This document shows positions 23,601-30,676 of a stretch of DNA of 64,000 bases, piece after piece (within the stretch, counting starts at the first letter, position 1; every line of letters starts with the position of its first letter). The translations under genes were made by a program, and so were the position numbers. The stretch is from NCBI GenBank assembly GCA_947626555.1, contig CANQSP010000001.1, forward strand, positions 42 to 64,041, read 5' to 3'. Under the pieces are notes generated by a model. That model was not told where the DNA came from, ran no database searches, and worked only from the letters and a program-made list of their open reading frames with translations. The stretch comes from an uncultured Clostridia bacterium (GTDB lineage: Bacteria; Bacillota; Clostridia; TANB77; CAG-508).

Positions 23601-26600
23601 AAGCATTAAATTAAGCAATGGTAAAGAAATACCACTTAAAGAAAATAATATTGTAAAAATAGAAATACTAAAAGATAAACCTTCAATGAGTAAATTTAGT
23701 TTTAATGATAATGACAAAGATATTTCTTTAAATATTACTATATTAGACAAAGATAATGCTATTCCAGAAAACAATCAACTTGATATTGAAGTACTTGACG
23801 AAAATAATAAAAATGTTTGTTCTGAAAAATTAAATGTAGGAGAAAACACGGTTACATTTAATAAAAATGATAGTAATAGATATTTAATAAAAGTTATAGC
23901 TTCTTATGATAGAGATACAAATGAAATAGATCAAAACTCTAATGAAATTAAAAATGGTGAAATTGCATTTGAAAACATTAATATAAATGAACGTAAATAT
24001 GAATTAAAAGACATTACAAATATTGATGTATACCACTTCTCAGAAGACGGAAACGTTGAAAAGACTAATACTATAGAATATAGTAAAATAAATAGCTATA
24101 AAGAAACTTATATAGTAAAAGTAGAAATGAAATCTCTACCATCATATTATGGAAAGATAGAAGAATATAGGAATGAAAATGGTAAATTAGTATTTACTCT
24201 AAGTAATGAAAATATAATTTTATACAATAATGATGAACCAACTGAAAAATGTGACATAGTTTATGGAACAATAGTAGGTGATATAGCTACTAAAGAAGAC
24301 ATCTATTCTTTAAATGATAGTAGTCCAGAAGGACTATATATTCCTGATTATAATAGAATTAGCAAATTACAAGGATTTAGTACAGAGAAACATAAATTAT
24401 ATCATAACTTAAATAAATTAATGCCATTTTATGATTCTAAATACTTAGTAAGAGACGGAGAAAAAATAGAAAAAGAAAATATATTAAATACAAAACTAAT
24501 AAAAGAAGTAATTCCTGTAAATAAAAATGGTGAAGCGGTTATTGCAGTTTCAACAGATGATTACCAAAATTTATCAAGCATAAAAGTAATATTTGATGAT
24601 GACGAAATGAAAAAATATAATATTGAGTTTAATGAATATTATAGTGGAATAGCATCATATATTATTCCAGAACTAGGAATTGAATATAACTATAATAATT
24701 ATGTTATAAAATCAGATGCTAGAATTATAAAGGATTTAAAAGATACAATAAGTAAATTCAACTATAGAACTGATTTAGATGTATTAACAGCAGATTTAGA
24801 TAGTAGAATTTATAGAGAATATTACGAAGATACATTAAAACAAGAATTTGATGATTTTATTAAAAAATTATTAGTTAGCAAAAATTATAGTGTAGTAATA
24901 GAAAGTGATACCTATAACGAACTAATTAAAAAGGACTTATTAAGTGAAACAACTTTAATGAAATGGATATATGCATACAATTATATTCATCGTTGGTATT
25001 CTTTCGATATAGATGGCTTAAAGATGAGTGATATACTTGTATTTAAAGGTAATTTATTAAATAAACCTACAACAATAGAAAGCATATCTCAAGATGTTTT
25101 AAGCGGAAATATAACTACCTATTCAACAGGAGAATTCTATAAAAATAAATTAGCACAATACACAGGACAACAAGATGTATTTGAATTTGTAAAATATTAT
25201 GTGCAAAAATATGCGGAAGACAAAAATATAGAGACTTGGTATAGAGATAATGTTCCAGGTATAGTTGTAGAAGCACAATGTATAAATAAAGAAGTACAAT
25301 ATTCACTATGGCATAATTTAAGTATAAATGTAGGAAAGTATAATAAATATGTACTTGTACTTCTAACACTTCCAGATGATGCAGCATATATAATTTCAAA
25401 TCCAACATCTATATTGTTCGGATCTCAAAGAACATACGTACAAAATCCTAAAGATCCAGTACAAAGAGCTAAGTTACAAGCATTAGCTGATAGTTTTGCT
25501 AATGATGTATCAAAATTCTTCTCAACACTTTCAACATTTGTATCAATTGAAGAGATGAATAGAATGAGTACGGTGCATTTAGATACATTATTAACATATG
25601 TTGATGGAGGTACTGGTTCAAGAGTTGTTCAAAAACCTTTAACGACACAAGAGCCATTCCATAAAAACTTCTGCGAAGTTTTAAATGATTGGACAATTTT
25701 GAAAGGAGCTGGAGCATACTGTGGCGGAGGTAGTGTATACTTTGTTTATGAAGATGCATTACGTGCATACTCAGTATGGACTCATGAAAATGCACACTTA
25801 GGAGCATTCCAGAATTTGCTATGTGGTGGATGCAGAAATAGAATTATAAGAGAAGATATGCCTGATGGAAATATAACGCAAGGTTCAGGAGATGGTGGAA
25901 TAAGCTTTAACTTAACTTATGATTATGACAAAAATGCTTTAGTTACTACAAATTTAACAACGGAAAGAATAAATACTCCTGAAAAAATGAAGCAATTCTA
26001 TAGCAGATTGATAGATACAAGTGATTTCTTAGATTATATTGAAGCTAAAGCATTCTTACAGTTAAATGCTGAACAACAAGCTAAATTATGCTTACAAGTG
26101 TCTTATCCGAAAGGATCAGGTCAATATATAGATGGAGAAATAACTAAATACGAAAAAATAGATAAAGAAAAAATTGAAGCAATGCATTTAGATGATGTTC
26201 ATGATTTATGGACAAATCAAATAGTAATGGTGCCTGGTGTAACAGAAAGAACAATGACACCAAGTCTGTATGGAGGAGATTCAATATACACAAGACATTG
26301 GTATCAACCATATAATGACAATGGTAGAGCTGATTCATATAGTTTTAAATGGTTAGCATTTGAAATGATTGCAACAGGAGGATATAAGGAGGGCTATAGA
26401 TATTGGTATGGTAGCAACGGAGGAAAAATAAAAAATGATTTACAATCATTAAGAGCAATTACTAAAAATGAAAATATGACATTTGAACAATATAAAATAG
26501 ACAGATATAATAAGATGCAGAATAACTGGGAGAATATGAAATTCTTTGATGCAACTGAAGTACAAAAAGAATACTTAGAAGCATTAAAGAAAGATGCAGA

Positions 26601-28215
26601 AGAAAATGATAATAAACTTACAAATAGTACAGCTGTTAAAAGAAAATATTATTATATGGTAAAACAAGGAACAGATGATTTTAGACAAGAGATATTTGAC
26701 TATGTGCCAGAAAAAGTTGAATCTAAAGAGTATGTTTCTACAGCAAAAGAATTTGTTGATGCATGTAAATTAAAATCAAGTAGCACAATTTACTTAGAAA
26801 AAGATATTGATTTATCTGAATACGATACAGGAAGTGCTATTGTAACAAATGCATTTACTGGAACAATTGAAGGTCAAAATAATACAATAACAGGACTTAA
26901 ATTACCATTATTTGCATCATTGTCAGGGGCAACTGTTAAAGATTTAATTATAGACGATTCTACTATAATTATAAATAGTACAGATATAGGAGCATTAGCT
27001 AAAACAATGACAGGAACAGAGTTAAATAATATTACTATTAAAGGTTTATTAATGAGTTCTAAAAATAACAAACAAGTGGGTGCTTTAGTTGGTTCTGCTT
27101 ATAACTCAAATATTAAAGATTGCCATGCTATTAATGTAAATGTATTTGGTTCAACTAGAACAGGAGGACTTATAGGATATGCTGTAAATAATTGTACTAT
27201 TGAGGAGAGTACTTCGAATGCAACAGTAACAGCTACAGCTGATGCAGCGGCAGTACTTGTAGGAGAGTGCAACAGTTCAACTATAAAAAATTGCTATGCA
27301 ATTGGAAGTATTAATGTATCTAGTGCAGCAAATTATGCAGGTGGAATTGTAGGCTGGGCTGATGGCACATCTATACATAATAATTATGCTAAAGTTTCAG
27401 TATCTGCAGTTAAGAGTAATTCGGGTGTATTTAGTGGTACTATTAGAAATAAATTTGATGTTCAAAATAATATTGCTATAGCAAACGGACTTTCACATGT
27501 TAATATAGGGCTATTCGATAACGATACTGAAGCAAGTAAAATGAATAGTAGTGATACATTTAAAAATAATTATGAAATAGCAAATGGATTTACAGGTAAA
27601 ACAAGTAGTGCAAGAGGAGTAAAAGCAGAAAAAATTAAATCAATGACAATACAAGAACTTACAAAGGAATTCATGCAAGAAAATTTACATTGGGATGAAA
27701 AAATATGGAACTTGGATTCTCTTGAGGAAGGTGGCTTACCAACATTAAGAAATCACGATCCAAATAAATCAGAGAGTGCATTAATATTAATGAATGAATC
27801 TAATAAATTAGATTCACTAGATGAGTTAAAAGTTAATGATGAAGAAGTTGTGAATACTATTGAAGACACAAACATAGTCGACACTAATACGCTAAATACA
27901 GCAAATGAAATAAATAATACAAATATGCTAAATGAGGCAAATGAGACAAATGAAATAAATAATACGAATGTGCTAAATGAAGCGAGTACGACGAATGAAA
28001 TAAATAATACGAATATGCTAAGTGAAGCAAGTACGACGAATGAAATAAATAATACGAATATGCTAAGTGAAGCAAATACGACGAATGAAATAAATAATAC
28101 AGATATTCTAAATGAAAAGAATACAAACAACATAGTAGATAGCAATACTTTGGAAGAGAAAAGCGAAAATGAAGTAATTAGTGATACAGTTAATAGTATA
28201 GAAACAACTGAATAA
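14638..28215 (+). CDS. giant (4525-aa) multidomain surface protein: signal peptide, cohesin-like domain, two TM helices, type-I dockerin, P/N-rich linker, ~13 tandem ~290-aa modules, HExxH zinc-metallopeptidase (M26/IgA-protease-like) region with GLUG-type Gly-rich repeats, C-terminal 15-aa tandem repeats
   Basis: MKKITFFLITMILSLAVATSVNA signal (probable start ATG 14650); DVNKDGKVDYDD / DINKDGQITIGD Ca-loop pairs; recurrent ...VLKDKP...YDLD module boundaries; WTHENAHLGAF; GGLIGY/GGIVGW/GALVGS repeats; single uninterrupted ORF. Confidence 0.85.
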   Translation: MMENMKKITFFLITMILSLAVATSVNAVENIELKTSKDKVNLGEEIIVSLDLNIENKEETSLYAYTAKLSYDKDVFEVIDESDFEESENWSDITYNKRNNKFALINKKGETDESILKIKLKVRKNATPGNTSITVNSITASDGKKDIPIEGKTVDVMVIKTGLAEGESIPLNKTNEVVEDTSNIEVGKDFSWIAYILIALIIVIFIFTIYYYISSKKRNTSKNKRITIMVASIIILVILLITTIILLTDKKADVNKDGKVDYDDTKDIIEYLLEIKNPQEDENLSDKDINKDGQITIGDVAASTNQATNQDYHANVNGSNNNSNTNGSTNNQSSEANASKPNNPSNSTNPSEPSNPNEPSNPSGSTNPNEPSNPTNPTEPSNPANPNEPDNPDNPNIPSEPTKPDNPNTPSDPTKPDNPNTPSEPTKPEEQYSSVVETTTVSNLTPKKGQEITLDLYIDVTPYTEIEAIEIEGKSYKVTKVEEPSVRIASLVPVKFKAIASNINGGENNHYKVTIQAPTSAGVQDIHITKIELDNGKKVSIDYSVKVDVLKDAPKVNDFYIDDKNEIPEISFNIEDSDGAFKGGKFSITDVDGNVVFVSENIKVGKNTFSANLEDGKTYHYDLVADYDLDHDYFAENIAPNHREEKDFIDDIIEDEEGNLEFTREYNFLSKNMMITPEVSSEDELILSFENGAESYYKVTYVKVNGVEYEVKLENGKYITKLKKGSKGNNTITVESVKLENGHIFTVNQTFSYVYLKDKPTIGDIEVKLEEGNLHVSAPITDQDNTIKSVQVKIKDQNGNVIKTEKLNKNSNNGLYLNDIEIDVSGKYTVEVEVTYDLGNGKENKVSKIYAKNITEPIKATILKEQSSMAEYATRGKKVEAIYTIEDNTEKEVTHITINGVKIPATKLSDEKYKVEFLAPSERPQNGKTTIIASELYYKDEVEPIEVECAFEIEILKSVPTIEDLHINDSREKPEINFVLVDAENAFISGKIIITDENENKVTEIEMSLIDTENGIQTYTLDNIEQGKGYEISIEATYDLDIDRTNNKNEETKIIKTHKFKIEKDYEFTLSDFKFINIENEKVTLQFTSTNKTEYIIEKVEIELNGIRHEYKVIKNGDNYTIEIPLTDINNTRTELTLEEVILSNLKEFNRETDFELFSSLEKQVIFKNKPTATIGNVIVNEEETQIIVSNISIEDTDNALLSDKLTVQLRDINGTVVDSKNISRTDTAVTFDYNKAGDYKVVIVADYDIVDLQNHTNEEIAQSSIITIHIKAEIINSEFNKYPNKKEQMTIKYTIKDNTNKDVTAIYFNDIRVDAVKLGEDLYEVVYIAPTEHGKKSITASELYYGEEEVDVVDKNDEIDVLKDKPIISNFKVVTAGDKPKATFDIIDTDNSFVDGKIIIKNKANDSIKEVIIVKNDTGIITEYELEIDSFEQYEVKLQINYDLDSNILPSQGENDNVGILEQVIEIVEDIQPSKLQINDLKLKEVNEEQETITLEFTSKNPSKHHIAKVKLEGKEEEFYVTYDEASDTYTLVLPYNNGEKETITIEKVILDNDTQDEVILEEKASIELFKTKPTVQELRATYNKETKVISATLLIKDTDNIVTKAYAKVICPDGEEKTQEEVTLENKSGEVTFENITKAGTYKVEILADFNALDGKIHNSETLELEDNVTDEVYVEIKVNAVSTIELSNKYPEKGGTVQVTYNIEDNTDEKITAIEYGATHIANNLEEIDGNYKAILGEEFTAQAGVSTLKITKIHYGDKIIDVTHEGDKIDVLKEKISFNENTFTSTENLEKSTVAFTFDIINPDNAIIDGTASVGESIQNFSKAQNTLIFNVEKNKTLELLIKVNYDRDTNTIVEDENKNVETLTVVKEFSLDEDMEFDITDIYTSKVNTETLQETNTQYFNKGEEFRVNFKTATNSALKVSYVTIGGTKYNAQEINSEANIEEVEGYYAIVKASESEKGVKELNIDSVTLSDGKVITLENKNLKYEILKDKPIINTFNVSNIGTDVNILVDVLDPDDALKETAKVTITDNSNGEELFNSPIIKGTNHYEYKAELNKEYLIKVINGYDLDSNELNVGSENLNVYEELYTQQLLKIEDTAKFSAVHVTVPSIVTDDDENVILTFENVYQSIYDVKEATINGIPYTVTKEDNVYKVVLEKGEKGDNILKFTSVKLSNDSVFEVNRNIKYLYENVRPIAENIEINEVRSEDMVKATFTVNDKDEATEKLYARLYNSNGVQIEETELDKNATEVSFSLPKAYKYSIDILADYDKGNGTNYEKIVIGSKVHEVGPVVEITEFKTEDKKFFEKDEENVKLIYKINTNIDENVRLFRINGVTYDAEKIDTDTYRVLFDGVGNQGGTLTLEVQQIVFEKTMHKLENYYKSTIEVLRQKPEVSQVIAENKDGKFELSFKMKDDDEALTGNINLRILDEEEQVYLEENIQLNDKQYNKIIDNLQFNKDYKIIITANYDLDGDLTGNGNEYTGEQLLEQTIKVENNIEYNFKFSDFGLMTPDMPLAWPGYPLYLQFISTNDSQYKVDSIVLNGVGYKVEEMYGLYMISEYIPEIKSGIQEVKAEKVILSNGKAFDINGEENKAKFEVLRDYPKASILSMTEDTERGKLKIVFQIRDDFNTIKDPTDIKVLIYSSDSDEPYQTKKISIGDTEVELDTPLASEYVIEFLADATVSELMPEYNQLNSKLVEKTFEAKQSTVITEVKPETYYPEKGAIFGVNYKILTLSKKKVVAITINGQRSIVDENGTNTYKACLSANNEAGLMTFTTSTIEFEDGSTVDFKASDQVEVIKELPIITNLTRTDNFDEKSATFTFNVEDPDGIINEGGTFKGSINGQNKDLNIGENSMTFTNLTPNANIEFNVIGTYDLDTNALNSVTGKNDNNHIGDKIFTRQFLFTENNDLYRVTKLETQKNNKQNTYFEKDDEIRLKFNFIWVDDTYVEKAKVNGETYDAYKNGEDYTIVLNKMTDVGIHEIKLESIKLSNGKEIPLKENNIVKIEILKDKPSMSKFSFNDNDKDISLNITILDKDNAIPENNQLDIEVLDENNKNVCSEKLNVGENTVTFNKNDSNRYLIKVIASYDRDTNEIDQNSNEIKNGEIAFENININERKYELKDITNIDVYHFSEDGNVEKTNTIEYSKINSYKETYIVKVEMKSLPSYYGKIEEYRNENGKLVFTLSNENIILYNNDEPTEKCDIVYGTIVGDIATKEDIYSLNDSSPEGLYIPDYNRISKLQGFSTEKHKLYHNLNKLMPFYDSKYLVRDGEKIEKENILNTKLIKEVIPVNKNGEAVIAVSTDDYQNLSSIKVIFDDDEMKKYNIEFNEYYSGIASYIIPELGIEYNYNNYVIKSDARIIKDLKDTISKFNYRTDLDVLTADLDSRIYREYYEDTLKQEFDDFIKKLLVSKNYSVVIESDTYNELIKKDLLSETTLMKWIYAYNYIHRWYSFDIDGLKMSDILVFKGNLLNKPTTIESISQDVLSGNITTYSTGEFYKNKLAQYTGQQDVFEFVKYYVQKYAEDKNIETWYRDNVPGIVVEAQCINKEVQYSLWHNLSINVGKYNKYVLVLLTLPDDAAYIISNPTSILFGSQRTYVQNPKDPVQRAKLQALADSFANDVSKFFSTLSTFVSIEEMNRMSTVHLDTLLTYVDGGTGSRVVQKPLTTQEPFHKNFCEVLNDWTILKGAGAYCGGGSVYFVYEDALRAYSVWTHENAHLGAFQNLLCGGCRNRIIREDMPDGNITQGSGDGGISFNLTYDYDKNALVTTNLTTERINTPEKMKQFYSRLIDTSDFLDYIEAKAFLQLNAEQQAKLCLQVSYPKGSGQYIDGEITKYEKIDKEKIEAMHLDDVHDLWTNQIVMVPGVTERTMTPSLYGGDSIYTRHWYQPYNDNGRADSYSFKWLAFEMIATGGYKEGYRYWYGSNGGKIKNDLQSLRAITKNENMTFEQYKIDRYNKMQNNWENMKFFDATEVQKEYLEALKKDAEENDNKLTNSTAVKRKYYYMVKQGTDDFRQEIFDYVPEKVESKEYVSTAKEFVDACKLKSSSTIYLEKDIDLSEYDTGSAIVTNAFTGTIEGQNNTITGLKLPLFASLSGATVKDLIIDDSTIIINSTDIGALAKTMTGTELNNITIKGLLMSSKNNKQVGALVGSAYNSNIKDCHAINVNVFGSTRTGGLIGYAVNNCTIEESTSNATVTATADAAAVLVGECNSSTIKNCYAIGSINVSSAANYAGGIVGWADGTSIHNNYAKVSVSAVKSNSGVFSGTIRNKFDVQNNIAIANGLSHVNIGLFDNDTEASKMNSSDTFKNNYEIANGFTGKTSSARGVKAEKIKSMTIQELTKEFMQENLHWDEKIWNLDSLEEGGLPTLRNHDPNKSESALILMNESNKLDSLDELKVNDEEVVNTIEDTNIVDTNTLNTANEINNTNMLNEANETNEINNTNVLNEASTTNEINNTNMLSEASTTNEINNTNMLSEANTTNEINNTDILNEKNTNNIVDSNTLEEKSENEVISDTVNSIETTE
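15655..15930 (+). repeat. ~18-bp tandem repeats encoding PSNP(N/T)EP linker
   Basis: ccaagtaatccaaacgaa-type units, in-frame inside giant gene. Confidence 0.7.
27904..28128 (+). repeat. five 45-bp tandem repeats encoding NEINNTNMLSEASTT
   Basis: Near-identical 45-bp units at C-terminus of giant gene. Confidence 0.8.
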
Positions 28216-28247
28216 CTAAAGGAGAGCGTCCTAGAATACAAACTCGA

Positions 28248-28282
28248 AAACAAAAATTCCAGTGAGAGATTGCTGGAATTTT
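28248..28282. terminator. terminator between convergent giant gene and cotJC
   Basis: AAATTCCAG-loop-CTGGAATTT stem + TTTTGC. Confidence 0.65.
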
Positions 28283-28330
28283 TGCTTTGGGTTTCCTATT
28301 ATTTTAGGACACCTTCTTATTTTAGTAAAA

Positions 28331-28777
28331 TTATTGGCAATTACAACTATTATTGTTGTCGCACATTTTTTTAGAGCAATTAGACATATAGAATTTCTTT
28401 TCAGCCAATTTATCTTGTACTCCACGAAGAGCTTCTCCAAATCTTTGGAAGTGAACAATTTCTCTTTGACGTAAGAAACGAAGTGGATCTAATACATCTG
28501 GGTCATCTCTACATAAATCTATTAATTTTTCATAAGTTGCTCTTGCTTTTTGCTCTGCTGCTAAGTCTTCTTGAAGGTTTGCAACAGGGTCACCTTTACA
28601 AGCAATATATGCTGCTGTCCATGGGGTTCCAGAAGCGGATACTGGGTATACATCTACACCATGGTCTGTATAATATGCGCCTAATCCTGCTTTTTCTATA
28701 TCTTCAGGACCAACACCTTCTGTTAATTGATGAACTATTGAACCTACCATTTCTAAGTGAGCTAATTCTTCTGTACC
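28331..28777 (-). pseudogene. cotJC: cotJC 3' segment (Mn-catalase-like spore coat protein CotJC, residues ~71-218), separated from its 5' segment by a 5-kb element
   Basis: Translation begins abruptly at HGTEELAHLEMVGSIVHQL... (Mn-catalase signature) with in-frame TGA immediately upstream; no start or RBS. Confidence 0.8.
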
Positions 28778-28919
28778 ATGATGTTGTCAATCATAATAAT
28801 CCTAAAAAAAGTAATACTTTCTATCTATTATTGTCTAAGGAAAAATTACACAATTAAAAGTATCTTTTTTATCACTATTACCATATTATATATTACTATT
28901 TATGAAAGAAGGAGATTTT

Positions 28920-29729
28920 ATGTTTTTTATTCCATCAAATGATAATGCAAATATAGCGGTTTATGAATTAAATCCAAATGCATATAAAACGATAGTTTTA
29001 ATACATGGTTGGCCTTTATCACACAAAATGTTCGAATATCAGCTACCAGATTTAATAAGAAATGGTTATAGAGTTATAAGTATTGATATAAGAGGATTTG
29101 GAAACTCTGATGTAACAAGTGATGGATATAATTATAATCAATTTGCAACTGATTTATATTATGTAATATATGCTTTAAATTTATCAAATTTTGATTTACT
29201 AGGTTTTTCAATGGGAGGAGCAATTGCTACAAAATACATGCAAATGTATAATGGATATGGTGTTAGAAAATTATGCTTATTAGATTCTTCTGTTCCTTCA
29301 TATTCAAAAACAACAAATAATCCATATGGTCAAACAATACAATCTACCAATGATTTAATAAATCTAGGATATAATGATAGACCAGTTTTAAATGAAAATT
29401 TCGGAAATATGTTTTTTTACAAAAGACCTTCTGATGCGTTTAAAAATTGGTTTCAAAATTTAAGCAATAGTGCTTCTGGAATAGGAGAAATGAATTCTTT
29501 AATTGCTCTTAGGGATGAAGATATATTTGATTCGTTAAAATATATTCATATTTCAACAGCTATTTTTCATGGAAAGGAAGATAGAATATGTCCTTTTCCT
29601 ATGGCAGAAATTATGCATAATAATATTCGTTCTTCAATTTTGTTTCCACTTGAAAATGCTGGGCATGGTGCATTTTATGACGTTAAAGATGAATTTAATA
29701 GGTCTTTAATAAAATTTTTAAATTATTAA
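28920..29729 (+). CDS. alpha/beta-hydrolase fold protein (element cargo)
   Basis: HGWPLS oxyanion region, GFSMGG nucleophile elbow, C-terminal His; AAGGAGA RBS before ATG 28920. Confidence 0.7.
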   Translation: MFFIPSNDNANIAVYELNPNAYKTIVLIHGWPLSHKMFEYQLPDLIRNGYRVISIDIRGFGNSDVTSDGYNYNQFATDLYYVIYALNLSNFDLLGFSMGGAIATKYMQMYNGYGVRKLCLLDSSVPSYSKTTNNPYGQTIQSTNDLINLGYNDRPVLNENFGNMFFYKRPSDAFKNWFQNLSNSASGIGEMNSLIALRDEDIFDSLKYIHISTAIFHGKEDRICPFPMAEIMHNNIRSSILFPLENAGHGAFYDVKDEFNRSLIKFLNY

Positions 29730-29801
29730 TTTAATTATGAAAATCCGTACCATAATGTTGTCAATTAAAAAAATTTAGGGCTATTTGCTGTATAAAATAT
29801 A

Positions 29802-30335
29802 AGTTCACTGAGTGTACTTAATGAAATACACTTAGTGAACTTTTTATTTTATGCTTTAATTTTATATTCAACACTTTTTTCTTCTAATAACTTGAAATTA
29901 CAACTTACAAATATGGGGGATACTTTTATAAGTACCCCCTAATTTTTCAGGAAACTCGTTTATAGTTAAACTAAAGGCTCGTTTCTAACCTAATGTTCAA
30001 TAGGATATTTGTTTATAGAATTTTCATTCTAAAGGCTCATATCTAACCTAATGTTTAAATTGCACTTGTTTATGAAGTTAATCAAAGGTTCGTGCTAACC
30101 TAGTTTATTTGATAAATTGCTTTACCAATATTAGTATATTCATTATACTATATTTTATTTACAAAATCAAAACTTATACACAAATTCTAATTCAAAATTT
30201 GTATTCACTTAGTGTATTTTTTTCAATTCATTTAGTGAACGAAATTATTACACCTAGTGAACTTTTCGGTTCATTTAGTGAATTTTAGTACTCTGATAAG
30301 TTTTTTTTAGCAATACATTCGGTGAATTATTGCAT
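29802..30335. promoter_or_regulatory. array of 7 palindromic operator-like sites (consensus TTCACTtAGTGAA) plus three ~50-bp iterons (29957-30112)
   Basis: Sites at 29803, 29827, 30205, 30228, 30252, 30270, 30316; iterons GTTTATnnn...AAAGGCTCGTnTCTAACCTAATGTT x3; 900-bp non-coding tract upstream of recombinase. Confidence 0.5.
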
Positions 30336-30475
30336 CATTTTTGCATAACTTTTTTGCTCACTTCTCAATTCTCTTTGCCTTTTATCTTCTTTGAATTCTT
30401 CTACTGTCCATTTCTTTACTTGTCTTGGGCATTTTTTTGTGTTTATTTTCATAAATTTTAAAGAGGCGATTTAAT

Positions 30476-30613
30476 ATGGTAATAGAAGAATATACGATTG
30501 AAAATACAAAGATAAAATTTTATGATGACTGTATTGTAGCAGATACTGTTACTCAAAAAGAATATATAGATAACATTATTATTAATTTAATACAAAATTC
30601 TCCTTTGTTGTAA
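30476..30613 (+). CDS. small hypothetical protein (45 aa) upstream of recombinase; candidate directionality/regulatory factor
   Basis: AAAGAGG RBS 9 nt before ATG; MVIEEYTIENTKIKFYDDCIVADTVTQKEYIDNIIINLIQNSPLL. Confidence 0.3.
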   Translation: MVIEEYTIENTKIKFYDDCIVADTVTQKEYIDNIIINLIQNSPLL

Positions 30614-30676
30614 TTTGGCATATTTTCTTATATAATGTTTACAAGTTAAAGACAAATTACAAGGAAAGGAGGAAAT

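Noticed and set aside
14919-28253. Numerous minus-strand and alternate-frame ORFs (e.g. 15630-15899, 15730-15930, 27753-28253, 27884-28126) inside the giant gene
   Set aside because: They overlap a continuous 13.6-kb ORF and coincide with nucleotide tandem repeats, which is a low-complexity artefact.
28231-28857. ORFs 28231-28458, 28262-28474 and 28483-28857
   Set aside because: They are antisense or overlapping to the terminator and to the cotJC 3' segment, and have no RBS.
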